Notes under the pieces: generated by a model
Database searches by the model: none
The model's input: only the letters and a program-made list of their open reading frames with translations
Told to the model about the DNA's origin: nothing
From: Phoronis australis
Lineage: Eukaryota; Animalia; Phoronida
Length of the DNA stretch: 64,000 bases
Reading direction: 5' to 3'
Assembly: GCA_002633005.1 (NCBI GenBank)
Contig: NMRA01000178.1
Span: 534,062 to 598,061 of the forward strand
Program-made: the position numbers and the translations under genes
In this document: positions 24,301 to 36,471 of the stretch, piece by piece
Position numbering within the stretch: position 1 is the stretch's first letter
How the letters are laid out: every line of letters starts with the position of its first letter

Positions 24301-27300
24301 AGTGTTGGAATGTGGTAATGACTCCAACAGACACCACTGAGTGCATGGTCAGTGTATACAGGAAGAGAGCCAGCAAGTTTAATTTGTTCTGCCACCTACA
24401 GGAGGTGTCTCATCCATGTCACAGAAATGCGGTTTAATTAATTGAACTCAAGGCCAACATTCATAACAATTAAAGAATGTTTTGATAATGTCATACTCAG
24501 TCAAACCAATCTGACCAGACAACTGCCCTCCCTAGCCAGTCACCTCAAGTTCAGTTGGTACTCACTAGACTGAACCAATGAGCTATATTTGACTGGACAT
24601 AGTGACATAACATTCTGACTGGTACATCAGATAGATGTGTCTAGACAACCCCCTTTGGTCAGGATTAGTAGACATGCCCCCCTTGGTTAATTAATACCAG
24701 AAACAAATAAACATGACCACAACACCTTCATTGTTCTCAAAGAGAACATCAGTTTCCTTCTGCCACCATTTCCTGGCCACAACTATTTACGGCTGATGAA
24801 GTAGGTGAGAAAAGTTCACACAAGGTCTTGACTATTTGAAATTTGATGGCTAGAGTTACATTGGAAAGGAAAAGGAAATGTATAAACTTTGACAAGGTAA
24901 ATATTTTGATGAAAGTAACAAGATGTTTAAAACTACTTTAAAGTACTTCAATCTTCTACTTTTATTTTAAATCTAGAATTTAAAAAATATTCCCGCTTTT
25001 TATTTTGAGCAAAGCGCTAAGTTTTTGTGCACTCTACAAGCTTGAGAAATAACATCAACTCTTAAAAATATATAGGATACCATCAACTGAAAATCATTTT
25101 CTAAGAACCGGGACATACCAAGCATAAGGACATCCTGATGACCAATGATATTTGTTCTCATTCAATTATAAGCTAACTACCGGATCAATGTTTGTTTGTC
25201 TATTTTATTGGTTGATATAACAACCAGATACCAGAGCACTGCTGAGTCTGATGACTTACACCACATGGTTAGACTATGTACCGCAATGTTGGAGACAACA
25301 AACTGAGGATATGACTAGTCTGTGTGGTAGGTTGCCAAGGTTGGTCATAAATTCTTGGGCAAATCTGTTATAGCTTGATAATGATGAACTCACAGGAACT
25401 CACAGATATGAGGGGATATGCATGCGGTGGACGAAAATATACAAGACACGGAACATTAGCTGACTCACTCAGTCAAAATAAACACAAACTTTTCAGAAAA
25501 TTTACCCAGATTTTATAAAGCAAGTTAATGTAAACAGGGAGCTGAAGTGTACCAGAAAGGTCTTACAAGATTCACACACTTGAATAAATATAGCCACCAG
25601 TATATTAAGAATTCTACCTTCAACATTACACAACTTCCATGAATACTCTAGGCATGTTGGGTGAATAGATTGTCACGATTAAGGTTTTAGGAGAGGAATT
25701 ATAGAATTAGATGCCCTGGAGAAATAATATGAAAGTATTCTTGAATTTGGAGGCGGGTTGGATATGCACTTGGTGTAGAACTGCACTAAAGGGAAAAGAT
25801 CATGGGCCTGTTCCAAGAAACTGACTTAAGTTCATTTTTGACTTAAGTTTAAGATTTGTCTTAACTTCCAAACTTTGAAACTTCCACATTAGGCAAGTAA
25901 GTAAAAATTAAGACAAAACTTATGTCAAACACTTAAAACAAACTTAAGATCTCTTTCTTGAATTGGTTTTGAGACAAATTTAACTTTTATTTTAAAGTTT
26001 ACAAAAACTTAAGATTTGTCTTAGCTAAGTCAGTTTTGTTGGAACGGGCCCATCTCTATTCTCTATTCTCACTGCTCAGATGGGAATTTTATGTTTTCCA
26101 TCAGAAGTTTCAATGTGAATCAGTTTTGTGTGTGTGTATGTGTGCGTGCGTGCGTGTGCGTGTGTGTGTGTGTGCTGTACCCACAAAATATCTGAGTAAA
26201 GGTCAAATTGTCTAATGACTTAGGTTTAAGTCAAAGATAAACATTCAAGTCTGGTATTTTAGACAACACTATTCAAGCCACTTAACCCTGCCCATCTTAA
26301 ACAGAATGCATGATACAGACCTATTGCATAACTGAAACTCCAAAGACAAGAGTCCAGTGTGAAACTCTGGCCACAAATGCCCATTGTTGATCTTGTAACC
26401 AAGTGATCAGAGGGAGTCATAAGCTTGGCCCAGTGTAAAACAATAAGCCACCCACCAGGCCAGCAGTAAAATCAGCCCACTCAACCAGCAAAGGAATGTG
26501 ACTGATTGTCTTCCACTGATAAACATTGCTCAACAGGCAGTCTGTTGAGATTTATGTATGCCTGACTGTGACTGCCAGTGCAGAAAATCAGAAGTTCAGA
26601 GAATACTACAAAATCTAACAAGAAATTTAAACTCTGACAATATCAGTCATGTGTGACTGTACATTAAATGAGATTTACTAGTGTAGTTTGGTTGACTTTT
26701 TAAGCAAATAATGTGCATAAGATTTGACTAGGAACATTTCCGTTGTATTTTTGGCTTGGATTTGTACATCGCGCGGAATGTGCCTAAAAAAATGTCATGG
26801 TAATGACCAGGTACCATGTACAATATTAACAAGTGATTTCTACCTTACAAAAGGAATCAGAAGACCACCTCTGACTCATATGATGCAAGCTAACTATGAA
26901 AAGGCCAGTCAGCCTGATCTTAAGTAATGGTGGTCAAACAATTTTTTACTTCCCCATATTCTGAATATTGTGTTAAGAATGAAAACCATTTTCCATTAAG
27001 GTATGGGAAGGGGTCATATTTTGTATGGTTCAAACTTGAACAACTACATTTAGGGTTTTGATTTCAGGAAATCAGTGTTAGCAAGAAAAATTGAACGCAA
27101 AACAAAGTGAAATACTTTCTCATAATGACGGCATTGTATGTTTGCCTGTGAAGTTTCCCTACCATCCAGATCACTATCTGCTGATAATATCCATTGCCCA
27201 CTCTTGTTCTACATAAGCAGGTGGTTAACAAAACCTTTACAGCATTCAAAGTTATTTCAGAGACAAGACAGTCTTTTGTGACAACATATCTATGTGTGAT

Positions 27301-30291
27301 CAACAAAACCTCTTATGTCAAAAAGGGCGCTATCTTCAATGACATCTAACCATAGCACATAACTCAGGTCTTAATGTAAATTTATCAATACCAGTCACAT
27401 TCTTTTCCTATTCTTCACACCTACAAACTGGTTAATTTATACTTGGTATGTCCCAGTTGATGTGCTATACCACAACCAGACTTGACAACACCAAGTAAGT
27501 CAAGCATAGAAATATGTGGACATGAGCCCATGCTGCTTAAAAACCAACATTATATGAGGGGTCAACCACGTGCAGATGCTTGAATACACCATTGAATAAT
27601 ATAATTTAAATATTCTGAAAGCAAGAAATATTTAGTAAAAGTAAAGAAATGACCATCAAGGAAAATGTGTCCCCAGTGTTATCTTGGCCCAGCAATATGT
27701 ATACGGAAAAACGAAACCAGGTAAGACCAATAAAAAGCCACTCCTGTTGAGCCTACCCATCCTTATTCAGCTAGGGTGAACTGTACAGTCTACACCTATG
27801 ACATTGGGATTTTTACAGGAAAAACCCAGACCAGCTAAATTTGTTACAACTACAAGAAAGTGAAATTACCAATAAAATGTATTAACATGGAATAGGATTG
27901 AGTCATAGATTTTACCAAGGTTCAGATTTTCATCCACTTTGATATAGAACCGAGAATGAATTCTTGGTATGCGTATTTTTTTAAAAACCTGTGAACAGGG
28001 GGATTGTAACACAAGCCATGTCCAGGTATAGATGTCATAGTCAGCATGTTCAAAAAGTCTTCCACAAACAGACATAGAGATTGTATTGACAGGGAGAACA
28101 AAGCCTGTTTTGTTTGTCTCCAGCCTATGAGGTGTGCTTAAAGCACCACAGGTAGATTAAATTACAGGTAAGCTGCCCTCCCTGACCTATTACCTTGCCT
28201 GGACCACAGTGTGCTGATCCCTAGAAAGGCCTCAAGTCTAGTGGCTATCCACCCATTCAACACAGAGAACTGTCATGAATGACTATGGTATACATGCCCA
28301 GGGACCATTAGGTTGGTGTGTATTTATAATGGGTCTGGTTGTTTAGGTGGGAGGTTGAACTTGTTTGTGTTGGATAAAGAAACACTATTCTTACTTCTAG
28401 ACTTACTACATAACGAACTAATTTTGACATACATGACTGGAACAAGAAAGGTGACTTTATTTCCAAAGTACTACATGTGTTACCAGTCAAAGGGTAACAG
28501 TGTGTGTTCAAAAATGTGACGAGCCAAATAAGTCTCCTTACAATGAAAACATCTGAGAATTATTATAATTGGTGAACTACAAATGAGTAAGATACATTCA
28601 TTACACTGCTGTCATCAAGTCATTTTGGGCATAAATTAAATAGCTCTGTTAGTTCCTGAGTAAGCATTTTCAGCTATTTATGCACAGATCAAAGACCAGA
28701 TACCAATAGAATGAAGAAATTCATGAGCCCTTAGAACCACCAATCTCTACATTCAAGTTGCATACCGGTAGTTGTTCATTCACTCAATAACAGTAAGAGC
28801 CTAGAGCCATCTAGACAAACAAACATTGTTGAACTAATTTTACCCCCTAATAGATTTGCTACATTGCACTCAAAATTACATTTTAGTTGGTTTGACACTG
28901 TATAAAATCTTCAATTTGGGATAAAAATAATGGTTATTGAAAAACCGCCCATTTTTCTACTTTTCAACTAGGCTTAACCGCATTGCTGTGATTTTTTTTC
29001 TACACCATACCAAATGTTGTACGATGACATTTGTACTAATAAACACCATGCGCAAAACAAAATAAACAATTCAATAAGTGATTTTTGTTAAAAATCTTCA
29101 CCAAATCAAACTCCATTTGTCCCGCTAAAAGATTGTATCACAAACTGAAAAACTGTTGCCATAGTTACCCAGTAAACTTTGAAGGTTATATTTATAATGG
29201 AGCCACAAACAGATTTAATGTTTTACAAAAGAGTCCCTAAAAATATGTTAATTTATCCCTACAATATTTTTCAAATTTTACCAGGTAAAAATATAAATTT
29301 AAACTGAAAGTGACTGAAATGAAAAAGACTGTTTAATGAACATGGATAAAACAGTGTTTATTCATCACGGTTATCAGTGATTTGTCAACCCAAAAAGTTC
29401 CATGTGTTTAGCCCAGATAGCTGATAAAAATTATCAATAGTCACGGGAAAGGGATTTACCCACGGCAAGATTTATTAATCATATGCTAAAGTTAGATTTT
29501 CAAGAAATTTCTTTTTGTTTACGGAGCACAATATTTGTAGCAGTTTCAGATGACCAAATCAGTTTATATCGATCCAATAAAGGTTAATACCTTGAAATTT
29601 TTATTGAAATTTTGGCTTCTATGCTAAAACTTAAGACAAATATTTTTGTTACAGATTTTTAAGAAATTTCAGCTGTGCCTTAAACTTAAACTGATCTTTC
29701 CCACCGCACCTAATGGTGGTCCCCGATTGTGAGAACCAGTTAGGCTACTGAATAACAGGGGTTTTATTACTTAAATATTTCACATAATTATACACAATCA
29801 AACTGAATTAAAAATACATCATTATCCATTTACTAACAGTCTGACACAAGATGCAATTGTTTAGGAACCAGGTAACAGTTACTTATGTTGCTACAAAGTT
29901 TCACGTTACTTGCCCAGACATGAAGGCCTACCTGTTGAAAGCAAACACACGTGCTAAGCTACCAGTCTGCGGTGTTCTGTTTCCTCATGAATATTACAGG
30001 AAAGTTTTTAGTATTGTTGGCGAATGACGCAAGAGTGACTTATCAAGTATCACGAAATAGACATTGTCACTACAAGGTGATGAACGAATTCTCCCAGTCT
30101 CTGGTGAACGACTGGTAATTCGGGACTGCTGAACGAACCGGTAACGATGCTAGCCATTAGTATTAGCCCACCCTTAAGGTCTATAAGATACTGAATTCGT
30201 TGTATCACAGATCGCCGTTAAGTACAAATGTACTCACCAAAACTTGTAGAAACACCAAATAGCTAAATCTTTGGAAGCACGAAGGAGACAT
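9144..30291 (-). CDS. Death-domain TNF receptor superfamily member, DR6/TNFRSF21-like (~548 aa)
   Basis: Exons 30291-30238, 19188-18843, 17750-17553, 15168-15088, 14501-14100, 13088-12978, 11815-11672, 11280-11117, 9290-9144; all GT-AG and phase-compatible (1647 nt). Signal peptide MSPSCFQRFSYLVFLQVLVVCLA; four TNFR Cys-rich domains (CNMCPAGFHVKSHC...; CEPGWGVKKLGTTKSDTVCEECPAG); P/S/T stalk; TM IIFIGVAIVLAIALTVSITLFVVY followed by RRR; C-terminal death domain (LFLYVSRLLG..WKDVIR...IYQGFCNWR). Confidence 0.9.
11117..11280 (-). CDS. TNFR exon 8 (death domain, N-terminal half)
   Basis: STVDDLFLYVSRLLGVKRWKDVIRNM...EVIYQ|gtgagt. Confidence 0.88.
11672..11815 (-). CDS. TNFR exon 7 (cytoplasmic)
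   Basis: 144 nt, phase 1-1; ttcacag acceptor, gtgagt donor; contains TGQE. Confidence 0.75.
12978..13088 (-). CDS. TNFR exon 6 (cytoplasmic)
   Basis: 111 nt, phase 1-1; DDPNAPKTPAKFIGRIRRRSNSIRSVDTIESPPASPA. Confidence 0.8.
14100..14501 (-). CDS. TNFR exon 5 (transmembrane and juxtamembrane)
   Basis: Hydrophobic helix followed by RRR; 402 nt, phase 1-1. Confidence 0.9.
15088..15168 (-). CDS. TNFR exon 4 (Pro/Ser/Thr stalk)
   Basis: 81 nt, phase 1-1; EIGHELKARPPSQTPDPPSERADDLSE. Confidence 0.75.
17553..17750 (-). CDS. TNFR exon 3 (Cys-rich domains 3-4)
   Basis: GTTKSDTVCEECPAGYYS...CLKHTDC...DYEC. Confidence 0.92.
18843..19188 (-). CDS. TNFR exon 2 (Cys-rich domains 1-3)
   Basis: ORF 18817-19185 with TNFR Cys spacing; aatttcag acceptor, gtgagt donor. 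Confidence 0.93.
19763..19888. repeat. ~60-bp imperfect tandem duplication
   Basis: catgtgatctatgacgt...ctaactctc occurs twice. Confidence 0.7.
21308..21340. repeat. (AAT)n microsatellite
   Basis: Direct reading. Confidence 0.9.
22120..22330. repeat. Dispersed repeat fragment related to ~31560-31765
   Basis: Shared gagacg...gatg..g..ggattt...tggcaaattgtggc.ttt.aaacctt...cagaaccaact. Confidence 0.55.
22700..24630. repeat. ~1-kb near-identical tandem pair (22700-23690 / 23692-24630) joined by a single N; probable haplotype assembly artefact
   Basis: N at 23691; copies differ by SNPs and small indels. Confidence 0.85.
22726..22998. mobile_element. hAT6-like MITE (second copy at 23718-23949)
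   Basis: TIRs CAGGGCTTGG / CCAAGCCCTG; flanks acatct/acattt. Confidence 0.75.
25804..26051. mobile_element. MITE with ~25-bp TIRs, Harbinger-like
   Basis: GGGCCTGTTCCAAGAAACTGACTTA / TAAGTCAGTTTTGTTGGAACGGGCCC; internal ttaaga...aaactt repeats; TSD ambiguous. Confidence 0.75.
26127..26174. repeat. (GT)n/(GCGT)n microsatellite
   Basis: Direct reading. Confidence 0.9.
30238..30291 (-). CDS. TNFR exon 1 (signal peptide)
   Basis: accATG TCT CCT ... GTT TTG|gtgagt; 54 nt, phase 0, joins exon 2 in frame. Confidence 0.75.
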
Positions 30292-30299
30292 GGTTGAAA

Positions 30300-30460
30300 C
30301 GACTAGTAAATTTCCTTACTCCCGGAGATACACTCCGCAACTACGCTCTCTGGCCGATTTCTAGCTACAACTTGTTTCAGAACTTATTACTCGTGTCCAC
30401 TGCGCATGTCTGCTACCATATATAGAGAAATACTCCACGCCCCGTTATGATTGACAACCC
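30300..30460 (-). promoter_or_regulatory. Putative TNFR promoter
   Basis: Locally CpG-richer; TATA-like CTATATATGG at ~30416-30425, GC-box ccacgcccc at 30435-30443, tgcgcatg at 30401. Confidence 0.35.
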
Positions 30461-32123
30461 TTGAAGCAATTTTATGAATGAAAAGTCTGGGCTTGGCCCT
30501 TCCATTGTGAACTCAAATGGTGATTAGTGGTGGCGTAGATGTATTGGATTAGTCACGGATATACCAGAACATTGTATGTAGAACTTATTAACCCTTTGAA
30601 GCAAAGCCATAATCGACAGTTCCTCCACGATCAGTTCTATGCTAATCCCGGGTGAGAAAATTGTAGTGAAAATATTGTCCCGGAAATAATATTTTAGTTT
30701 CAGCTCACCCCACCGATACGGTTAGGAAGGGCGTCAATGTTTACATTTGCTTTTCCGCTTTTTATGATCAGATGTACCCTCTTTTTGCTGCAAAAACATT
30801 GTTTTCGAAAGAACGAAGATAAAACTTTTCAAGGTGCACACTACACAACACGTGTTAAAACGGGTGAAAAGTGGCCTTGCCAGTGAAAACAGGGTTTCTG
30901 ATCACGACATGGCCGCGGAGTCGAATTCACAACCACAGCGCGTGCAGTCTAACGAGCTAAAATATGACACTGACACTGTATTGAACTGGTTACCGGCCTT
31001 GATGTCAGTGAATGTCTGGCACACAAAGGTGAGTTGTATTTGAAATAAAATCACAAAAACTGCCTATTTTCTTCTTTTATGACTCTGACCAATTCAACAA
31101 AAATCGTAAACATGAATTTTCGGCCCTAAAACTGACGTTGCCCCTTTAATTAAGACCTAGAAGACATTCTCTTACTGAGACTGACAAAAAGGATATGCCC
31201 GTCTTAGTCCTATCATATAATTAGCGCAAAGAAAAACGGCAAGTGAATAGTAGAACGTATATGTCCAACAACTAAATGGGACTTTTGACCTGTGACTAGT
31301 GTCATGAGTTATTGTGAAGTATCTGCTAGTACATAACGATATCACATTCAACTGAATAATCAATAAATTAATTTAGAAACCTCGCCAAGTTTCATTTCCA
31401 GTTCTTCTTTTGGTTGGGTATACAATTGGTCATTTTTTAGACATTCTTTGTCACTGCTAAAATGGTTCGGTCGCACACACGAGCAAAGATACAATATAAA
31501 CGTCATACATAAACTTAAGGCGCTGTATAAAGCTATCAACAGGAGAAATTATTATAAAAATCAAAGAGAGGCTAATGGTCACATTTTCAAAAAAGAAAAT
31601 AGAGCTGAGACGCGGAAAAATGATGCGGGATTTGTCACTTTTTTTAAACATCGTATGGCAAATTGTGGCGTTTGAAACCTTTCTTACCTGGGTTTGTGCG
31701 GCTTTTCAAAGTGAGCTTGGGTTTCAGAGTCGAGATAAAGACCAGAACCAACTGAACTCTTTTTAGTCAAACAATGAACGCTACAGTTACATATTGGGAC
31801 ACGCCACCTTCGAGAATTCTTATCCAATAACTTTTTAAAAATTGAACAGTTGCAAAATTGTACTCTGTTCCACTTCCCGCCTGCTAGCAAAATGTACGAA
31901 AGTTGGTGCCAATTTCTCACAATTAAGCTAAGAGTTTATATGGTTCTTGCCATTCTGCAGACTACTTCCATGTGCTCGTTTTTAACATGGTGCTGAATTG
32001 ATGTCTTATTTCTATTTAACTTTTAACCGAATTATTAAATATTGCAACATAGACGAAACACTGAGAGCGTAACATTTCATATTAGATTCTAGCGACGTAG
32101 GAAAGAATGCAAATGACTTCCAA

Positions 32124-32438
32124 CATAGGCGGATTTAGGGGGGCCCAGCCCCCCCCCCTTTGGCTGCCGCAAACAAAATGAAACAGCAACAGCGCAAAGC
32201 GTGAGGAGATCTAACTAGGACCGGTAGTGGAGAAGAAAGTGGGTCTCAGACCTCAGATCGCAGCGGGATCGCGTTCCCGTTTTTTTTTTTTTTAGTCGAT
32301 AGATTTTCCGAACGGAAGGTTCATACTCCCGGCCTCCGCTACTTTCGAGACGCGGTACACATACCGACCGCGCTTCGCCCGGTTCTCCAAGGCAACATGA
32401 TGCCCCCCCCCCCTTACGGTATCCTAGATCCGCCACTG
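32124..32438. mobile_element. hAT5-like MITE with a different internal sequence
   Basis: TIRs CATAGGCGGATTTAGG / CCTAGATCCGCCACTG; flanks tccaa/tacaa; subterminal G/C tracts. Confidence 0.75.
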
Positions 32439-35400
32439 TACAAGTGCTCCAAAGAAAGCATTTAGATCAGTCTTTTTGAAAAAAAACTTTTGTTGTAGAA
32501 CATCTACAGTTACCAAACTAGGCTCAGTTTTCGTTAATCAGAAAATGAGAAGTGACACACCTCGGAACTGTCATTTCGCAATTGCTCGAGGCCAGGCTTT
32601 GCTTACCTTACCACGAACATCCACTTCTGGTCTGCAACCGCAATTTAAAAGCATACAAAACCCGGTTTTGGCCTAATAGCAGATATTGATAACCCTCGAA
32701 AACCATCAAACGTTTGGAGGAAATTTTGAAAACTCCTTTCGAACCCTGCTAAAAGGGCAAGCGTGACCTACGCTTTATGCGAATTTCAAGGCAACTGTGG
32801 GGAAACACCACCCACCAAGAACTACAATATCCAATCTATGACATGAGTTTTTAGTTGATTCCTACTTTCATCTTCCAAGATATTGACGCCAATGGTGCAT
32901 TAACAGGTCAAGAGCGAGGATTGTCTGAAATCGTCAAAACAGGATTCAGTACTCTTTTAATTAACAAAATGTATTTTCTGCGGATTTATTGCACTTTACA
33001 TAGGCGGGTGTAAGTGGGCTCAGAGGTTCCCACACGGACACCATAAAAAACGCCATCGGTGTTTCGTTTTTAGGCCTGACGAGGACTAGTTCCCCAAAAA
33101 CATGAAATTGTGATTGGGCCCCTTTCACGTGTTCCGCCAATGCCTCATGGTGAAAATAGGCATGAAACACAGTTCACGTTTCAGTGGCATTTTGAACATA
33201 AGGCCAGGAAGGTTTCGAATACTACGGTCTTAACCGACTCCATTGTCCTCCTCTATCGCAGAGTGAACATTCCGTCAATGTTAGAGATCACCGGAGGGTT
33301 AATACTTCAGTAAACCGCAGAACCCGTCTGTCTTCATTCACAGATTAGTCTTGAAACTGCACCAAGATCACATTCAGTCACCTATTCATCGATCAATACG
33401 CGTGGTTTCATTCATTGGCGCGGCGAACCTTTGAACGCTCATAGTTTCATGGGACATTATGTTTGTATTAGAGCGTGATTGTGAATAGATTTATTGGTTT
33501 TTTAACACCAGACTGACAATACGCTCTACTTCATGACATAATAAAATGCCTTGTACACCAAATGACGTAGGATAACACTTTCACGTCCTCTGTTGTGAGC
33601 AACAATTGTTCAATTTGGGATTCAATAGTTTGCCGACAGGGACTAAACAAGTCGTCCAACAAAGGAGCGTACGAAGAATATACTACACTCCTTGGTCGAG
33701 CTGAGCTCAGAATATAGTTTCAGGTGCACATCATTAGGAATTACCACCAAAAAGTAAATACACTGACAATATTGTTGCCGATGGGCGCTCAAAAGTCATA
33801 CGCCTTTTTCGGGTATGCGAAAGCGCACCACACACCGAAGGCTGCTTTTTCCCTTAGCACACAACGCCCCCTATTGGATTCATGATATACTATTCCAGTA
33901 GATTTGTTACTCTGCAGTCAAGCTAATTCATAGGTTTAGAAATCACTGATACCTATGGTAAATTTCATCAACAAATACACGCCCATCAGTTGAATAACAA
34001 ACATTTAAAACGTCATCTCGCTTATGAATTGTAAAAAACAACACTAAATGTAACTAGGAACTATATGGAGCTGAGAAATTTTTCTGTTCTAAGAAATCCC
34101 GCCACACAAGTCATCATATACAACGGAGCAACAATATTTCATGCGAGTTTCTCATATACAGCACAATTATTTGTCAGTAAGGAAATCCTAACAATTTGGT
34201 ATGCCTGAACTCAGCGCGAGTCCTGTGATCTCTGCACCCTTGGCTTATCATTAAATTGTGCCATTGTCACAGCAAAGATGTGTTCAAATGTAAACTCTGC
34301 ACTCTGGTAATGGAGATTTGTGTGTTCAACTCCGAGGGTCTTTGCTTCAACCTAGTCAGTAGGCACTCAATCAAAAATGCGTGACAGCTATTAGAATGTT
34401 TATTTGACTGGCAGTTCACAACTCCTTTAATATAAAATATGGATGGATTGACTGAAGATAAAATACCAGACAAGTATATAAAATGCAAAATGCCCCAGCA
34501 TGTTCATTGCCTGTAATTATCCAACAAAACCACTCAGCTTGTTCATTTGTAAATCCATTGGATTTTGGTTGCAAAAGTTTCCTCAAATTCGAATACAGAT
34601 AAACAGATAGCCAAAATTGTACTTTTCCGATTTCATTGCTCACTGCATAAATAAAAAAGTTCAATACAAACTGTGAAATTAATAAGTTGCGCTTTCTTTC
34701 TTTGTGATTACTTTTCTTGAAACTTTTTGTAAACTGATATGTCACTAACTCGCCATAGTGTGTTCTAAATTAAAGTAACTTTACTGTTCCCAACAAGGGC
34801 AGCCGTGAATTAAGGTTCCTAAAACTTTATAATGTACGTAGGACCAAGAATATTTTCCATAATTTCAAACCAAAAGTTTCATTAATCTCAATGACTTCGA
34901 AAAGGTCGTCATGAAACTGGCTGCCCACTCTGAAATAATGTATACAGCATGCAAAAGCACCCTATATTGAGCAGACCTACTTCCCTGAAAGAAACAATTG
35001 GTACTGTATTAAAGACAGCATTTAGTTGAGAAGAAACCTGAACCTACACAAGAACTTGTCAATTGAGATTGTACCTATGCGTGACCTAGGCAGAAACTGT
35101 AAGGCAAAAACTTGTCCTTGGCAGTGAGATCACTATGGGAGACATTTGTTAAGTTAAAAATGCATCACAGTTTGGTCGCACTTTGGCGCCAAAGAACTGC
35201 CAATGACTGCTGAATAACTGCTGAGTGATGCATCTTTAAAAAAACTGAACACATGCTACCCACATTACATCGTGTCAACTTCAATAAAGTAACAACAGTT
35301 GGTATGATAAGCAGTAGAATTTTAAAATTTTCAAAATCAGCTAATGACTGCAATTTGCAACCCCTTTCCAACTGCTAGGTACATTTGTTTTTAAAACACA

Positions 35401-35709
35401 AGCTATGTCAATGATAACAGTATACTTGTTGTACTGTAGAAAACTCTTTTCAGATTTTTACAAGTATCATTCTTGTCTGAGATGATCACTAAACAAAAAA
35501 GCTACAACAATATCCCTGTCTCCCTTATTACCCAACTAATAGATAACTGCTACCATTGAGCATTTGTGGTTGGCTGTCAGTGAGCAGCACAGTAGATGTA
35601 GACAGGAATTGGGACACATACTGTTTAAGAAAGTGAACACAAATTAGTCTTGGCAACTAAGCCATGAAGCTCTTTGTTCGACACAACAGCCCAATACACA
35701 CATTGATTT

Positions 35710-36471
35710 TCACATCGCTTGAGAAGACATGGGTGTAATGAAGAAAACACCACCATTAATATCATGGCTGGATATGCTGACCCCTCTCTGCATGCTGTTA
35801 AGATCTGCTAGTAGTCCCCCAAACATGATTAGTTCCCCACGGCCCTGGATGAGCGAGTAGAATATTGTCTCATCTGGCGGTGTGCCGCACAAGTTCTCCA
35901 CGACAGGAAGCCACCTAACCGTACAGGTCAGCACTACTTTGTCAATGTCCAAAACATGCAACTGAGTCACATTTCGGTTATTTTTACCCGACTGTGCACC
36001 AACAGATGTCTCTTGAGATGCCGAGCCAGCTGGCTTGCCACGGAATCTCTCCTCATACCTTTGCAGAGCTTCTAACTGCTTCTGCCTGTCCTTCATAGAA
36101 TTAGGGCGAATAGAAGGCATGCCTGGCCTGAGCCCAGCATATGGCCTACTGGGCCGGGGTCGACTAGGGTGTCGTGACGACGCAGTGTCAGCCTCCTCTT
36201 CAGAACTCTCACTGCTGTCTAAATGTCTTTTATTGGGAAGAGGAGGAACATTGTTTTGACTAGTGGACGGTAACTCCGGGTTTGAACCGCACTGATTAGC
36301 TCCGTCGTATCGTTGCGACGGTCTCCGGAAACGGTGATCAACAAGGTTTCTAGCATGATGTCGGGAGTCGTTTGATGGGATATTCCCCGTGTCGCGTGAT
36401 GGACTATTCCCCGCATCAGCTGATGTGAGTGGCTTGGAGGATTTACTGAGGAACACTATTTTGTCACCAAC
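35710..36471 (-). CDS. FBXO42: FBXO42 exon 8 (terminal)
   Basis: [10 protein letters not shown]..., disordered linker, ...[10 protein letters not shown]...stop. Confidence 0.92.
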   Translation of the reverse strand, partial: VGDKIVFLSKSSKPLTSADAGNSPSRDTGNIPSNDSRHHARNLVDHRFRRPSQRYDGANQCGSNPELPSTSQNNVPPLPNKRHLDSSESSEEEADTASSRHPSRPRPSRPYAGLRPGMPSIRPNSMKDRQKQLEALQRYEERFRGKPAGSASQETSVGAQSGKNNRNVTQLHVLDIDKVVLTCTVRWLPVVENLCGTPPDETIFYSLIQGRGELIMFGGLLADLNSMQRGVSISSHDINGGVFFITPMSSQAM

